From Chiloscyllium plagiosum (lineage: Eukaryota), in assembly GCF_004010195.1 (NCBI RefSeq), contig NC_057726.1, positions 69,302,608 through 69,366,607 on the forward strand: 64,000 bases of DNA. The letters are read 5' to 3'. Of the stretch, positions 26,430 through 40,197 are shown one piece after another. The notes under the pieces are model-generated. The model made no database searches, had not been told where the DNA came from, and saw only the letters and a list, made by a program, of their open reading frames with translations. Both the position numbers and the translations under genes were made by a program. The stretch's first letter is position 1; every line of letters starts with the position of its first letter.

Positions 26430-27020
26430 TTCATTGCTCCTGATGTGGTCTCCTCTACATCGGGGAGACAAAGCACAAACTATGGGACCAGTTCAGGGAA
26501 GATCTATAGTCTGCACACTCCAATCAACCCCACCTCCCAGTTGCCAGACATTTCAACTGGCCCTCCCACTCCCTCAATGACATGTCTATCCCAGGCCTCC
26601 TCCATCCTCAAAAGAAGGCCATCCACAAACTGGAGGAAGAACACCTCATCTTCCACATTGGGAGCTTAAAACCATATGGCTTCAAGATAGACTTAACCAG
26701 CTTCCAAATCTCCCTAACCCCACCTTATCCTAGGTGCAGCCCTGCCTCTCTACCTTGCCGTCTTGGCTGGATCTAACCTGTCCATCTTCCTCCCAATCTA
26801 TCTGTTCAACCCTTCCGACTGACCAATCACAATCACCTGCATCCACCTATCACCATCCCACCTTCCTTGCCCCCAGCCCCACACCCCTCCATCTATTTAT
26901 TTCTAAGGCCCCTTCCCCCTCCCCAGACCTAATGAAGGGTCCTGCCCGAAATATTAACACTTCTGCTCCACTGATGCTGCTTGAATGGTGTGCTTTTTCC
27001 AGCTCTACATTTTATCAACT
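26430..27020 (+). mobile_element. Penelope-like 3' fragment (GIY-YIG C-terminus, 3' end, degenerate hammerhead)
   Basis: YIGETK-like segment; KLEEEHLIFHIGSLKPYGFKID; ctaatgaagggtcctgcccgaaa near 26930. Confidence 0.75.
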
Positions 27021-28755
27021 CTATATCCTGTTTATCCTTTTGCAATCATCCGCACTATCATCAACTTCATCAATCTTCATGTCATCTGCAAACTTACTAA
27101 TCAGATGACTCACATCTTCCTCCAGATCATGTATGTATACTACAAACCACAGAGGACCTGAGACTGATCCCTGTGGAACCCAATTACTGGTCTCCATTCT
27201 GAAAAACACTCCTCCACCACTATCCCCTGTCTGCTATGACCAAGCCAATTTTGCATCCATCTAGCCAGCCAATCTGCTATGTGGGACTTTATCAAATGCC
27301 TCACTAAAGTCCACATTAACTGCATCCACAGCTTTACCATCATCAATAATTCTCATCACCACGTCAAAAAATTCAAGCAGGTTGGTGCGACATGACGTTC
27401 CCAGTACAAAACCATGGTGCCTGTCACTAACTGGTCCATTTTCTTCCAAACGAGACAGGCGGAAGTATTTTGTTAGGATAACTGATTGTTTGGATAACTG
27501 ATCTGAATATAAACAAAGGAAGCATTTATGGGACCTTGAGGTCATGTTCGGATAATCCAAAATTCGGATAATTGATGTTCAGATAACTGAGGTTGTTCTG
27601 TATCTATTACTAGATTACTAGATTACTTACAGTGTGGAAACAGGCCCTTCGGCCCAACAAGTCCACACCACCCCGCCGAAGTGCAACCCACCCATACCCC
27701 TACATCTACCCCTTACCTAACACTACGGGCAATTTAGCATGGCCAATTCACCTGACCTGCACATCTTTGGACTGTGGGAGGAAACCGGAGCACCCGGAGG
27801 AAACCCACGCAGACACGGCGAGAATGTGCAAACTCCACACAGTCAGTCGTCTGAGGTGGGAATTGAACCCGGGTCACTGGCGCTGTGAGGCAACAATGCT
27901 AACCACTGTGCCACCGTGCTGCCCACTATCTTGCCCCTCAGTATCTTCTCCAAGAATGCCCCCACCACAGACATCAGGATCACTGGTCTATAATTTCCTG
28001 GATCGTCCCTGCTTTCTTTCTTAGACAAAGAAATAACATTGCCTATCTCCAGCCCTTTAGAACCTCACCTGTGGTCAAAGAGGATGTGAAGATGTCAGCT
28101 AATGCCCCAGCTATTTCTTTCATGGCCTCTTGCAGCAACCTGGGATAGATCCAATCTGGCCCTGGGGACCCGTCTACATTAATACAATTTAGGATATGCA
28201 AACCTTCCTCCTTTAACATATTGACATTCTCTCGAGCATTCACATACTCATCCCTGATCTCAACATCAGTCATGTCCTTCTACTCAGTGAATACCAAAAC
28301 AAAGTATTTGAAGTATCTCTCCTACTTCCTGTGGTTCCCTGCATAAATTCCCCCCATTATCCTTGAGTGGGCATGCTCTTCCCCTTGCTACCCTCTTTCT
28401 TCTAATATAAGCATAAAAAGCCTTGGGATTCGCGTTGATCATGTTTGCTAAAGACATTTCATCGCCACTTTTAGACTTCCTAATTCCGCGTTGAAGTTTG
28501 TTCCTAATTTCTCAAAACTTCTCAAGGACTTTGCCAGTTGGTATCGAATGCTACCTTTTCCCTTTTGACTAAGCTTAAAATTTCCCTTGTCATCCATGTT
28601 TCCTGAATGCTGCCATTCCTATTCTTCAGTTTTGCAGGGACATACATGTCCTGCACGTTAATCAACTGGTCTTCAAAAGCCTCCTACATGCCAGACAGAG
28701 ATTTGCCCTCAAATAATTGCTCCCAATCCACATTCCCCAGTTCCTGTCTAATTTG
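27020..28755 (-). mobile_element. CR1 LINE ORF2 fragment with a nested MITE end (27455-27602) and HE1 (27610-27922)
   Basis: SPGPDWIYPRLLQEA, DDPGNYRPVILMSVVG, HHGFVLGTSCRTNLLEFF, VDFSEAFDKVPH, SKFADD. Confidence 0.9.
27610..27922 (-). mobile_element. HE1 V-SINE (young, full length)
   Basis: Near-consensus head, core and tail. Confidence 0.9.
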
Positions 28756-28761
28756 TGTGTA

Positions 28762-29042
28762 GATTAGATTCTGTACAGTGTGGAAACAGGCCATTTGCCC
28801 AACATGTCCACATTATCCCTCTGCAGAGTAACCCAACAGATCCATTTCCCTCCGACTAAAGCACATAACACTATGGGCAATTTAGCATGGCCAATTCACC
28901 TGACCTGCATATCCTTGGAGTGTGGGAGAAAACCAGAGCACCCAAAGGGAACTCCACGCAGACAGCCGCCCGAGGCAGGAATCAAGCTCAGGTCCCTGGT
29001 GCTGTGAGGCAGTACTGCTAACCACTGAGCCACCATGCCACC
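28762..29042 (-). mobile_element. HE1 V-SINE
   Basis: Core and head recognisable. Confidence 0.85.
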
Positions 29043-30264
29043 CTATTTAAGCACCCTCACCCGAGGGCCACTCCTCACCCAAAGATTGGGTTTCACCATA
29101 TGTAACCTATCTGCAATTTATTTCTTGTTTTGCTTTAAAACGTTGAATCTTGAAACTTCAAATAAACCACGATATTGTGAAACATCCTCCTGATTTAACA
29201 CTTCAGCTGAACTGCACTTTGACTAAAAGTGAGATACATCACCACATACCTCCCTTTATGGTTCACCATTCTTAAGATTGAAAATTGATAGTTTAGAAAA
29301 ATGAAGCATTGTCAATAAAATTAAAAAATGACAAAGTCACAAGTCAACATTTTTTCTCATATACACCCCCTCAATTTCATTTCTTACTGTCAACTCTTTG
29401 ATCACATTATGAAATAAATGACACATAGCATCAGAAATCTGATATCTGCTTTGCTGGTACACAGCTGGTGGAGATTAGTGTGTGTTTGTGTATGATGTTT
29501 GTAGATGAAGCTGCCCTTGAATGGTAACATGAATCATGATGTGATCATCTCCTAACAGATGTGGACATAACAATCCCAAACCTAAACTATAAACATGCTG
29601 GTATGACAGTCAGAGTCACAGAGTTATTTTACTGCAGTGAAAGCTGCCCTTTGACCATTGTGTTTGTGCTGGCCATAAAACATATATTTATTCCAATTCC
29701 ATTTCCCAGCACTTGGCTTTTATCTTTTGGCTTCAAGTACACACCTAAATATTTCTGAAATGTCTTGAGTTTTCCCATCTCTATTGTCCTTTTAGACAGT
29801 TAGTTCAAGATACCCACAATCCTCTGGGTGAAAAGAAATTTCCCAAACCCCCCTTAACTATTTGTTCCTCATCTCAAAACTGTGCCCCTTGTACTGATGC
29901 CTCTACTGAGTGGAAAGGTTTATCCCTATCTGCTCTATCTGTGTTCCTTATGACTTTATATGCTGCTGCAATGGATATTTGATGCGATAAGGTTTCAAAT
30001 ATACTAACAACTTTGGAAAATCGCAAGACACGGAATACTTGTAATTAATTACATTTTCAAATGCAACTGAAGTATTGGACTGATGGAAGGTTTAAGTCAA
30101 TATTTACCTTGATTCCACCCCTGTGATACTAACCCTGTGATATAAATTCCAAGTTATCCTTGGAACTTCGAATAGCATTGCCCATCTGAAATTGTTTAGA
30201 ATTTCTTCTTTGATATTAATTTTGAGGCAGAATTGTGCGTGCATTATATAAAACCTGCTGTAAA

Positions 30265-30710
30265 GTCATAAAGTTGTACAGCATACAAATGGACCCTTCG
30301 CTCCAAGTCGTCCATGCTGACCAGATATCTTAATCTGGTACCATGTGTTAGTATTTCGCCCATATCCCTCGAAACCCTTCCTATTCACATAGCCATCCAG
30401 ATGCCTTTTTAATGTTGTAATTGTACCCACTTCTACCACATGCTCTGGCAGTTCAATGTATACGCACATCAACCGATGAAAAGATGCCCCTTTAGTCGCT
30501 TTTAAATGTTTCCCTACTCATCGTAAACCTATACCCTCTAGTTTTGGACTCAACTACCCTGGGGAAAGGTCTTTGGCTATTCACCCTATCCATGCCAGTC
30601 ATGGTTTTATAAACTTATATACTGTTACCACTGTCCGACACTCCAGGGAAAATAGCCCCAGTCTATTCAGCCTCACACTATAACTCAAACCCTCCAATCC
30701 CGGAAACATT
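30265..30710 (-). mobile_element. CR1 LINE 3' end
   Basis: ELPEHVVEVGTITTLKRHLDGYVNRKG. Confidence 0.85.
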
Positions 30711-31064
30711 GTGTAAGGAAATAGATGGATTCTGTGATAATGGAAAGGTATCGGTGATGGTGACTAAAATTTTGACTGAAGAAAAGTAATGTCAGCTCAT
30801 CCAATATTGGGTATTATTCTGAGTGCAGTGAGTGAAAGAGATGATTACTACCTTATGCCAGGGGTCCTAAAATATACGTTTGGGAACGGATGTGATGTTT
30901 CCACATGTTGACCCTTAGAAGCAACATGATTATGGGAAATAGCAGAAATAGGAAGGATCCCTTGATAGTTTCAAACGTAATATGGTGGAAATGTGCAACA
31001 TTCCACAACAAGTAATTCAACTCAAAAGTTAAGAAACAATAGGGAAGTAGGAATCAAATAAATT

Positions 31065-32970
31065 CTTGGGGGTCGAATATCTGGAGTTTGGTTCCTTTGT
31101 AATTCATCTAAAAAAACTGCAAAGAGGTCAAGTTCACTCATGCTTCTCAAGTTCACTGACCTGGCTGACCTGTGGATGGTGGGCCAGTGCTAGGCAGTGT
31201 AGTCTGTGGCATCTTCCCCCAGGATCAACTGGGCCAAAAGTTCAGGACTCCAGATCAGTCCGTGGAAGGTGGACTCTCTGCCAGAGGAGTTACAGTGGTT
31301 CAGCTGGAGTACCACCCACATCCTTTACCTGGCCTCTACCTCAGCCCAGCTGAGGAAACATGGCCAGTGAAATGGCAGGAGCTGGAGGCCAAAGTCTCAG
31401 CTCACTGAGGCCACCGGACAGGACTGCTCTGAGTGCTATCTTACAGGACTCGAGTGTTGGTCTTAAACCACGGTGGCCACCATGCTGTGGTACAGGCTGG
31501 TCTCTTTGATCCCTCCTCCTGGTTTTGTCGCTGACATCCAGAGAATGTTGGTTCACTTAAGTGGGTTGTGGCACAGGTTCTGAGCCTCTCTATTAAGGAG
31601 GGTGCACCCACACCCAGGGTGGCGACTTTCCACCTTCAGACCTTGTGGCAATACCTTTCCACTCAGCTTCCTCCTTGGTGGTGCACCCAGGTGATGTATT
31701 TTTTCTACCAGTTGGGTAATCTCAACTACATCACGCAGCTCCTGTTTATCGACCATGAGGTGCCCTCAGGACACTGCCTGACTTTTACCAAGACTTGATC
31801 ACTGTCTGCAACATGGCCAAGGCATGCTAGACCTTCCCTTTGTCTGGCTATTGTCAGACAGCCGCTTCTCAGGAATCTGCACCTCCATGATTGCAGGTTG
31901 AGGGGAGGGCTGTGGCTGCGGGGATGACCAGGGTTGGGGATATGCTGGGTGGGAGCGCCAGAGGCCGTATGCTACTGTAGGGAGTAGCACACAGGGTGGC
32001 AGCCACTGCAATCCAGCACCTTAAAACCGTGGATGTTGATACTTGGCATTGTCCACGCTACCCCTGCCCAGATGGAATTCCACATTGACCCCAAGAGTCC
32101 AGACCTCCACTGGGAGCCTGTGCCCCACAACCTGAGCAGTCTCCAGGATGTAGGCAGTATGGATTTTTAGAGTGTAACAGCCAGCTCTGCACAGACTGCT
32201 GCTGCACACCATCCACCTCTTCTCCTTCATCCACTGGCCAGGCATGCCTGGCATGCCCATTTACCACCAGATAGTGGAGATCCCCAGTGGAGGGCTGTCT
32301 ACCCAGGAGTCTGCCTTCTTTGCCTTAGGGATCTGCAGAGTGCGGTGTTTCATAGACTCCCAGCCCAATTGTTTACTTTGTGGTGCTATGGAGTCCGTGG
32401 ACCATGTACATGTTGGGTTTGGGCATTTAGTTATCACAATGAGCTTCTCCTCTGTTTTTGGTTGCACTTCAGCCCCATGTTCCTGATCTTTGGGCAGGTC
32501 AGAGCACCTCCTCGTGGGTCTGCTCCGGGCAGACCATTAACAAGTCGAGCAGTGGGCCGTGGACTTACTTACACTGACTGCCTGCCCCTCTTCCATAGTT
32601 ACATTCCAGTTCGTGTGTCTCTAGAAAAGGAGCACATGGTGTCCACCAACAATCATGATGCCTTTAGGGAGAGGTGGGTACCACGGAGAGTTTGGTGCTT
32701 TCTCTCCCCTTCTAACTCTGTTTTGATTTGATCACTTCCCTCCCCTTCACTTTTTGTTTCACACGAGCATTGCCTGACCATGGTTCTGCTTGTCACTGGT
32801 ACCCTGGCCACATGGGTGTTTTTCTTGGTGGCGGAATATTAAAAATGTTATTTAAACATCTTTTTTTTTACTGTGTCTTGCACCTTACACACATACAACT
32901 TAGGTGCGAGGGAAAATAAACACTACTGCTGTATGGCAGTAGTGTAGAAGTTATATACAAAAAGAAAAAA
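31065..32970. mobile_element. GC-richer degenerate Tx1/L1-clade-like LINE remnant
   Basis: Plus strand 32290-32730 encodes NCLLCGAMESVDHVH (ORF2 C-terminal CxxC..E..H knuckle), followed by AATAAA (~32915) and an A-rich tail; the upstream part is only weakly assignable. Confidence 0.5.
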
Positions 32971-32979
32971 GATATAATC

Positions 32980-33030
32980 AAGACATTCAGAGTCTTCTCA
33001 CTTCAAGACATTCAGAGTCTTCTCACTTCA
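32980..33030. repeat. 25-bp tandem duplication
   Basis: caagacattcagagtcttctcactt x2. Confidence 0.9.
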
Positions 33031-33341
33031 GGGCTGACTACAGCTGCCTGGCCAGACTTACTGTGCACATGTGTGACCTGGTGGTGGAATATCAGCCTCT
33101 GTGCAGTTATTTCAGTTTTCGCTTGAGAAAATGGGAATTATGATAGATCTAATGGATAGAGGAAATGTGCCTTCTGAGAGTCAGCCATTACTAATATCAG
33201 AAAAATGATGGGTTTGAACTCGGGCTGCACATTCAAAAAGTGAAATGTTGGCGAAAATGAAGGCAGTTTGCCATCTGTGCAGAGTTGTGGGCTGTAGGCT
33301 AATCTAAGCACACACATTTTCCAGTGGATAACATATAATTG

Positions 33342-33643
33342 ATTAGATTAGATTACTAGATTCGATTACTTACAGTGTGGAAACAGGCCCTTCAGCCCAC
33401 ACACCGACCCACTGAAGTGCAACCCACCTAGACCCATTCCCCTACATTTACCCCTTCACCTAACACTACGGGCAATTTAGCATGGCCAATTCACCTAACC
33501 TGCACATTTTTGGACTGTGGGAGGAAACCAGAGCACCCGGAGGAAACCCACGCAGACACGGGAAGAATGTGCAAACTCCACACAGTCAGTCGCCTGAGGC
33601 GGGAATTGAACCCGGGTCTCTGCCGCTAAGAGGCAGCAGTGCT
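33342..33643 (-). mobile_element. HE1 V-SINE (young)
   Basis: Near consensus. Confidence 0.9.
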
Positions 33644-34166
33644 ATTTAGATAAAATGCATGCAGAATTCCACGCTGATTGCAGTTCATTTGAAAAACTGA
33701 CCAGAAAATCAGTTGTGCTGAATTTCAGCAGGATATCTCTCCTACAAGCACCGAGAATGCTCGAGACACTGGGCAGATCTTGTGGAGATAGAAACAGAGT
33801 TAACGTTTAGAGTGCAATATGACTTTTTCGTAGCCGAAAGCTGTTGGAACATTGTTTTTTTTCTGTGTGCTTCTTGACAGAGGCAGAGGAGGAGCAAGGG
33901 AGCAGAGTCCCAATGCAAAAGATAAAGGTTGGGGGAACTTTAACTTTTGCATTAACAATTTAAAAGTGAAAAGTTTTTCATAGAAGCGAAAGAGAAAAAA
34001 GATGTGACAAATGTGTAAATTTAGGTGTGAAAGGGAGTCATTGTTTCGACTAAGTAAGTAAACATCACAAAGATGTGAGGGAGTGGGAAGGTGGGGGGAC
34101 AAAGAGGTGTAAAAACAATGAGAAATAAAAATAAAGAGGTCAGTTTCGAAAGTTAGTGAGTTGAAT

Positions 34167-34714
34167 ACAGGGCAACCTCGATTATCCGAATACCAGTTAT
34201 TCAAATATCGGATTGTCCGAAGGAGATCTTGAGGTCATGATAGAAACATTACATCAAAGACGTGTTTCCAAGAGTGATCGCGCCTTTTGCTTACAGTGAT
34301 TAAACAGGCACCGTCTCCAAATGACTGACTGCCCCCCCCTCTCTGTTCCACTTTCCCTGGAGTTCTACAGAGGGGTTTACCCTTACCCCCCGCACCTCCC
34401 CCCTCCCCCCCGCTTCCCAGGAATACTCTCTATAACATTGTTCTGTGCAGGGCAAACGTGGAACCTGTCAAAAATTTGCAGTAAAGGGCCGGGGATGGGT
34501 TTGGACCGGGTTGGGGGGTGGTGTTGGATGGGGGAGGGAGGCAGTGTTGGGGGCGGGGTGTCACACACTGTGTGCTGCTGCTCGTCTCCTGAACCGTAAG
34601 CAGAATTTAATCTCCGAGCCCCAGAAAAAAGGCATTTAATTGATTAACCGCAGAATCGATTATCCAAATGAAATAGTGCCTGTCCATCTCGTTTGGATAA
34701 TCGAGTTTCCATTA
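34167..34714. mobile_element. Tc1/mariner-superfamily (Tigger/pogo-like) non-autonomous MITE
   Basis: TA-CAGGGCAACCTCGATTATCCGAA...TTTGGATAATCGAGTTTCCATTA-TA imperfect TIRs; a related end lies at 27455-27602. Confidence 0.7.
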
Positions 34715-36359
34715 TATTGGGACTTCTGTAGAAACTAAAGTGTCCTGCCAACTTGTGTTGTGTTTCGTTGGAACCTTGTAGCAGGGCCAGGACAGAAATG
34801 TTTATGTTTAGAACATTATCTGGATCTTTGGAATACTGGGTCATTGCTTCCATCCCTATTTGGTGACATTGGACTTTGGGAATTATTCAGTGAATGTGAT
34901 CATATCAATATGTTTTTCTATTAAATAATTCGTCATACTCGATGTTGTTCAGACACTACCACATTATTGTATATGTTTATGTCACAACATTAAATTTGCA
35001 AAAGTGTTACATTTGAACATAGAAAAATCATTACCCTTCAAATGTACTTAAAGTATTTTGAATTTTTTGTTTGATAATCAGCCTCTCACACATCAAAATC
35101 TTCAGCATTCTGTTATTTTGATTCCCCTAACAATATTAGAGCAGAATTTTACACTTCAAGATCTGCCCCTGGCATGTTTGCCTGTCATTTCATTGATCTA
35201 TGTTAATTTTTCACGCAGTTTCAATTTTCTTTTCAGATTGCTTCACCTCTTATTCTTCAAATGATCCATGTACCAATGCATAAAAGTTCATTTGAATGGC
35301 TAGAATTTCTATTTTTTCAATATTTCGAAGAGACTCAAAATTGAGTGTTATATTTAGCTCATCATAATGGATTGGCAATGCCTGTGCAATTCTTCATTTA
35401 CATAGCATGCCATAACACTCAAAGGAGACATCTATACATATTAGATTATATACAGTATGGAAGCAGTCTCTTCAGCTCAACAAGTCCACACCAACCCTCC
35501 GAAGAGAAACCCACCCACCCTTTACCCTAATGCACCTAACAGTATGGGCAATTTAGCATGGCCAATTCACCTGACCTGCACACCTTTGGATTGTGGGAAA
35601 CCCACACAGACATGGGGAGAATGTGCCGCCCCTAATCTGAATGACTTTTCTGATAAATTACTCGTATTGAACACTACAGCCTCCAAAATTAAATACATAG
35701 TAAAGAATCACTCTGTAACCGTAAATAACAGCTAACATCATTCTTACTCATTCATCAGGGCAAGCATTTCTCAATCATCATCAGCCTTAGCCAGTTAATA
35801 ACATTTCTACATATTCATCAGCAGCAGCTTCACCCAGTCACCAACAATAGTATCTCACAATTACAAATGACACTCAATAACCTGCATCTTCCTTCAAAGC
35901 GAATTCCCATTGACTTCAACATCACCAGCATTACCCAGTCATCAGCAGAAACTCAGTTATCACCAGTAATGACCAGTGACTAATACAAACAGCAGTCAAC
36001 AAAAACACTGTTTCCCAGTCATTGGCACATCACCATCATGAGTACTCAACCAGAAGCAGCAAAATACAAATTGAACAGAATGCCTACTTACTCACCAACA
36101 CCATCACTTAGACATCAGCTGAATCTCATGCCCATAGCAATTTCAAACTCAACAGTAGCCCTTACTAATGAACCCATAGAGTTGTACAACACACAAAGAG
36201 GCCTTTGGCCAAAGTCAATGACATTAAATAATGGAATCTGCAAGCAGTGACATCATACATACACCATTTAGTAAAGCAGCCATAAGAAATGACATCATCA
36301 GGTTTCTAGCAGGAATCAGCAGCACTTTCTAAATATAAACTGCTGATCTGGGTGATTTG

Positions 36360-39300
36360 AGGAAACATTTCTTTCCTCAAATTGTCTCTACACGTGCTAC
36401 CCTTCACCATAAAATTATGCCACCTCATTACTTCAGTTCAGGGAAACAACTGCTATCTTTTCATCTTGCCAATGCCCCTCAATCTTATAGATCTCAGTCA
36501 GGTTCCTGCACAACCTTCTATGCTCTGTAGAAAACAAATCGAGCTTAGCCAGTTTCTCTTTAAAGCAAAATGGTCCAATCCAGGCACCATCCTGGTGAAC
36601 CTGCTCTGCGCCCACTCCAATACAGTCACATCTTTCCTATCATGTGGTGACCAGAACTGCACATAGTGGTCAAATGCATGTTCTGCACAGCTTCAACATA
36701 ATGGCCATGATCTGATAATCTACATCATGACTGTGCATCATTCACCTTCTTAACTACCCGAAGAATCTGTCAGGTGCCTTCTGGGATCTGTGGGGAAGCA
36801 CCCCATGAACTCTCTCCCTCTGAGCTTTCTTGTATCCTGCCATTCATTCAGTATTCCCTTGCTTTGTTACTTCTTCAAAAGTAGATCGCTTCCCATGGCT
36901 AAATGATATTTTCATTGACCTGCCTACCTGACAAATACACTACATCTACTCATAACTGACAATCTTTTTTCTCACTATTAATCTCTTGGCCAATTCTTGC
37001 ATCATCTGCAAACACACTTATATTATACCTCATATTCTCATCTATGTTGTTTATCGAACCATTGAATCATAGTTTCGCTAGAGTATGGAAGCAGGCCATT
37101 TACCTATCGAGTCCACACTGACCCTCTGAAGAGCATCACACCTAACCCATCCCCTACCCAATCCCAGTAACCCTACATTGCCATTGCCAATCCAACTAAC
37201 CTACACATCTTTGGACTGAGGAAGGAAAGCGGAGAACCCAGAGGAAACCCACATAGGCACGGGAAGAATGTGCAAACTCAACGCAGACAGTTGTCTGAGG
37301 ATGGAATTGAACCTGGATCCCCGGCACTGTGGGGTGGCTGTGCTAACAACGAAGCCACTATGCCACCCAATTTATAAGTAAATCATAAACAGTAAGGGAC
37401 TCAGCACTGACCCAGCCAAAACCTCCAATGCCACCTAATTCTCTATGTCAATCAGCTCAGGAACCTCACAGATCTTCTCCCGAAATTCTGTACTACATTC
37501 TCCTTCTCCTGAGAGAACACAGATGTGTGAAGTACTAATTTAACAACCTATCAACATCCTTCAGCTCCACTCACGGATAGCTCCTTAAGTCTCTAATGGG
37601 CCAAACTCTTTCCCTGGCTATCCACTTTCACTAAATATAATTACAAAATATCTTGGGAATCTTCCTAAATTTACCTGCCAGGTTTGTTCTCCTTTTGTTC
37701 TCCAAATTGCTTTCTTATGTTCCTTCCTGCCACCGTTTCTATACTCCACTGAGACCTCCTCTGATTTCAACCTTCTAAAAGTCTTTTTCTTTTTATCCAG
37801 CCCTGAGTATTCTTAGACATCCAGGGTTCTCTGAACTTGTTACTCTTACACATCACCTTATTGTCATACTAAAGCCTTGTTGTCTGTTACCAAATGATCT
37901 GTGGTTTTTGGCCAATGGGGTCATGAGAGGGGTTGAAAGCATCCAAGGCATCATTCCAATATCGTTCACTGTTGCCATGTGAGGGGAGTATAAAGTGCAC
38001 CTCCTCAGTCACTGGCTGGAAGTCAAGGTGCCAGAAAGTTTGATCAATCTTCTCCAATACACAACCCTCAGTCTGGTTGCAACTGGCTCCCCCTCAACCT
38101 TTGTAACCTCTTCACCTTAGTTTCCACTGTTCTCTGCAGCCGATAGCTGCTGGCTGCTGCTTAATTTAGTTTGGCCAGTTTTCAGTCAGGCTCGATTCCT
38201 CTTATTTTGTGTCAATTTATAATGTTCAATTTTGGGCCTGTTGGCGCTTGACCACAGTCATTACTCTTCCCATTTCATTTGTGATCACCCTTTCGCCCCT
38301 GCCATCCACTGCTCTGTTCTAGATTTACCCAGAAGTAGCTGTTCCTAGTCTATTTTGGTCATATCCTGCCTCTTTTCAATAACACTGGCAAAACACATTT
38401 TTTGCAGACTATCTTTTCCTTTATGTGTGAGAAACTTCAGAGTATGATTGTTTTGTGGCTGCTGTCACTAAAATGTTCTCCCATTGCCACCTCTAAAACC
38501 AGCTGGCTTTGTTCCTCAGAATGAGGTCCAGCACTTCACTGCCCTTGTTGGGCATTCTACATGCTGACCTAAAAATTTCTACTGAAAATATTTCAAACAT
38601 CCACTCCCTCTCAATCCCAAATAATATTGGGCAAATTGAAATCCCCTCATACTCTTATGATTATTATCATTATTATTACACACCAGTGAAATGTCTACAT
38701 ATCTGCTTCTCTATCACTCACTGGCTATTTGATGGCCATGGCACACAAGCAATGTTTCTGCTCCCTTTTTATTCCTGAGTTCCGCACCCAGACCTCACTT
38801 GAAATCTAATCCAGAATGTCAACCCTCCTTACTCCTTTATGTGATACCACCTTGACATTTACACCCTCCCCTGTCCTGGCTAAAGATCTTATATGCCATG
38901 GAATGTTGAGTTGCTAGTCCTATCCCTCTGTCAACCATATGTCTGTGATGGTAAGAACATTGCAGTTCTATTTGTCAATACATTCTCTTAACTCATTTGT
39001 CTGATACTCGTAGCATTACAGTTCACTTTACTCCCTTGAGACTGAGCATAGCCAAACAGCTCCTTTATTATGTTAAACTGTGTCCCTAATGTATTAACAC
39101 TATGTGTCCTCACCCCCTGCCAAACTAGGTTAAATTCCTCCCAACAGCAGTAGCAAACTCACTTGCAACAATATTGGTCCCACTCCCATTGAGGGGCAGA
39201 CTGTCACACTTGTACAGGTCCAACCTTCTACAGGAATGGTCCCAGTGATCCAGGAATCTAAAACTCTCACTCTTGCACCAACCTCTGAGTCATTAATGTT

Positions 39301-39530
39301 CTGCATACTCCTCTTTCTATATTCAGTAGCACATGGCACCTGGAGTAATCCAGACATTAGACCTTTAGAGAGCCTGCATTTTAATTTATTGTCTAGCTAT
39401 CTGAATTCTGGATGCAAGATTTCATCCCATACTCTACCTGTATCTTTGGTACTGACACCTTTTAACTTATTACTCTTCCAATTCAGGATGCACTGTAGCC
39501 ATTTAGTGATATCCCTCTGTGATAATGTAA
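36360..39530 (-). mobile_element. Old fragmented CR1 LINE (ORF1 esterase region ~39130-39500 through ORF2 3' end ~36380), with a nested HE1 at 37058-37368
   Basis: KLAKLDLFSTEHRRLCRNLTEIYKI at the 3' end; decayed SGNH-esterase-like ORF1 segment. Confidence 0.65.
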
Positions 39531-40197
39531 ATGCCAGAACTTAAATAACTGTTCATGGATTGAGAGAATCACCAATGACTCTTTCTGGATTAAAGGCTTC
39601 ATGAGATGAAAACAACAAGGAGAAACTGTTATGAAGAAAATAAATGCAACATGCTAATAAGCCATTCCTGGAAAGGTCATGTTTCACATATCCAGCTAAC
39701 ACTGAATGTAACAAGGATTAAATAATCTGAAGGATTGTCAATAATGTCACACCGCAGAACTTTGAAAATCAAGGATCAAAACTTGGACATTCAGAGACAG
39801 ACACTGCTGTTTGGAATAGTAGCTAAATTCCATGATGATTTGGGGAATAGCCAAGTTGGGCTGTGAGACTTCATTACTTGAGGGGTCTTATTTTGGTTGC
39901 TACCTGCTACAACACGTGCTTCTTCAAGGTGAATTGGTTTAAACGCGATTGAAGAATTCAGACTGTTACTTGTAGACTGCAAACTTTCCTCACCTGTATT
40001 GGCTAGAACGCTATTCCAGCCGTATTAGCTTAAAAGGGGCGGCCATTGCACGATTGCCTTATAACTGGAGAACAGAACTGTCGCGTTATATAAAATCCGA
40101 CTGTAATTGTTTCAGTATTTGAGTTTTTTTTAAATAAGCACTCGGACTAAAAGCATCTTGTGATCATTTACACATACCACCCATTTCCAGAGTTACA

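Noticed and set aside
27632-28024. 130-aa ORF and similar recurring 'GNLAWPIHLTCTSLDCGRKPE' ORFs
   Set aside because: Antisense translations of HE1 SINEs
33030-33290. Weak C1-like words on the minus strand (EGTFPLS..., HQVTHV) and ADYSC on the plus strand
   Set aside because: No conserved Cys/Trp framework in one frame, several stops, and no convincing exon boundaries
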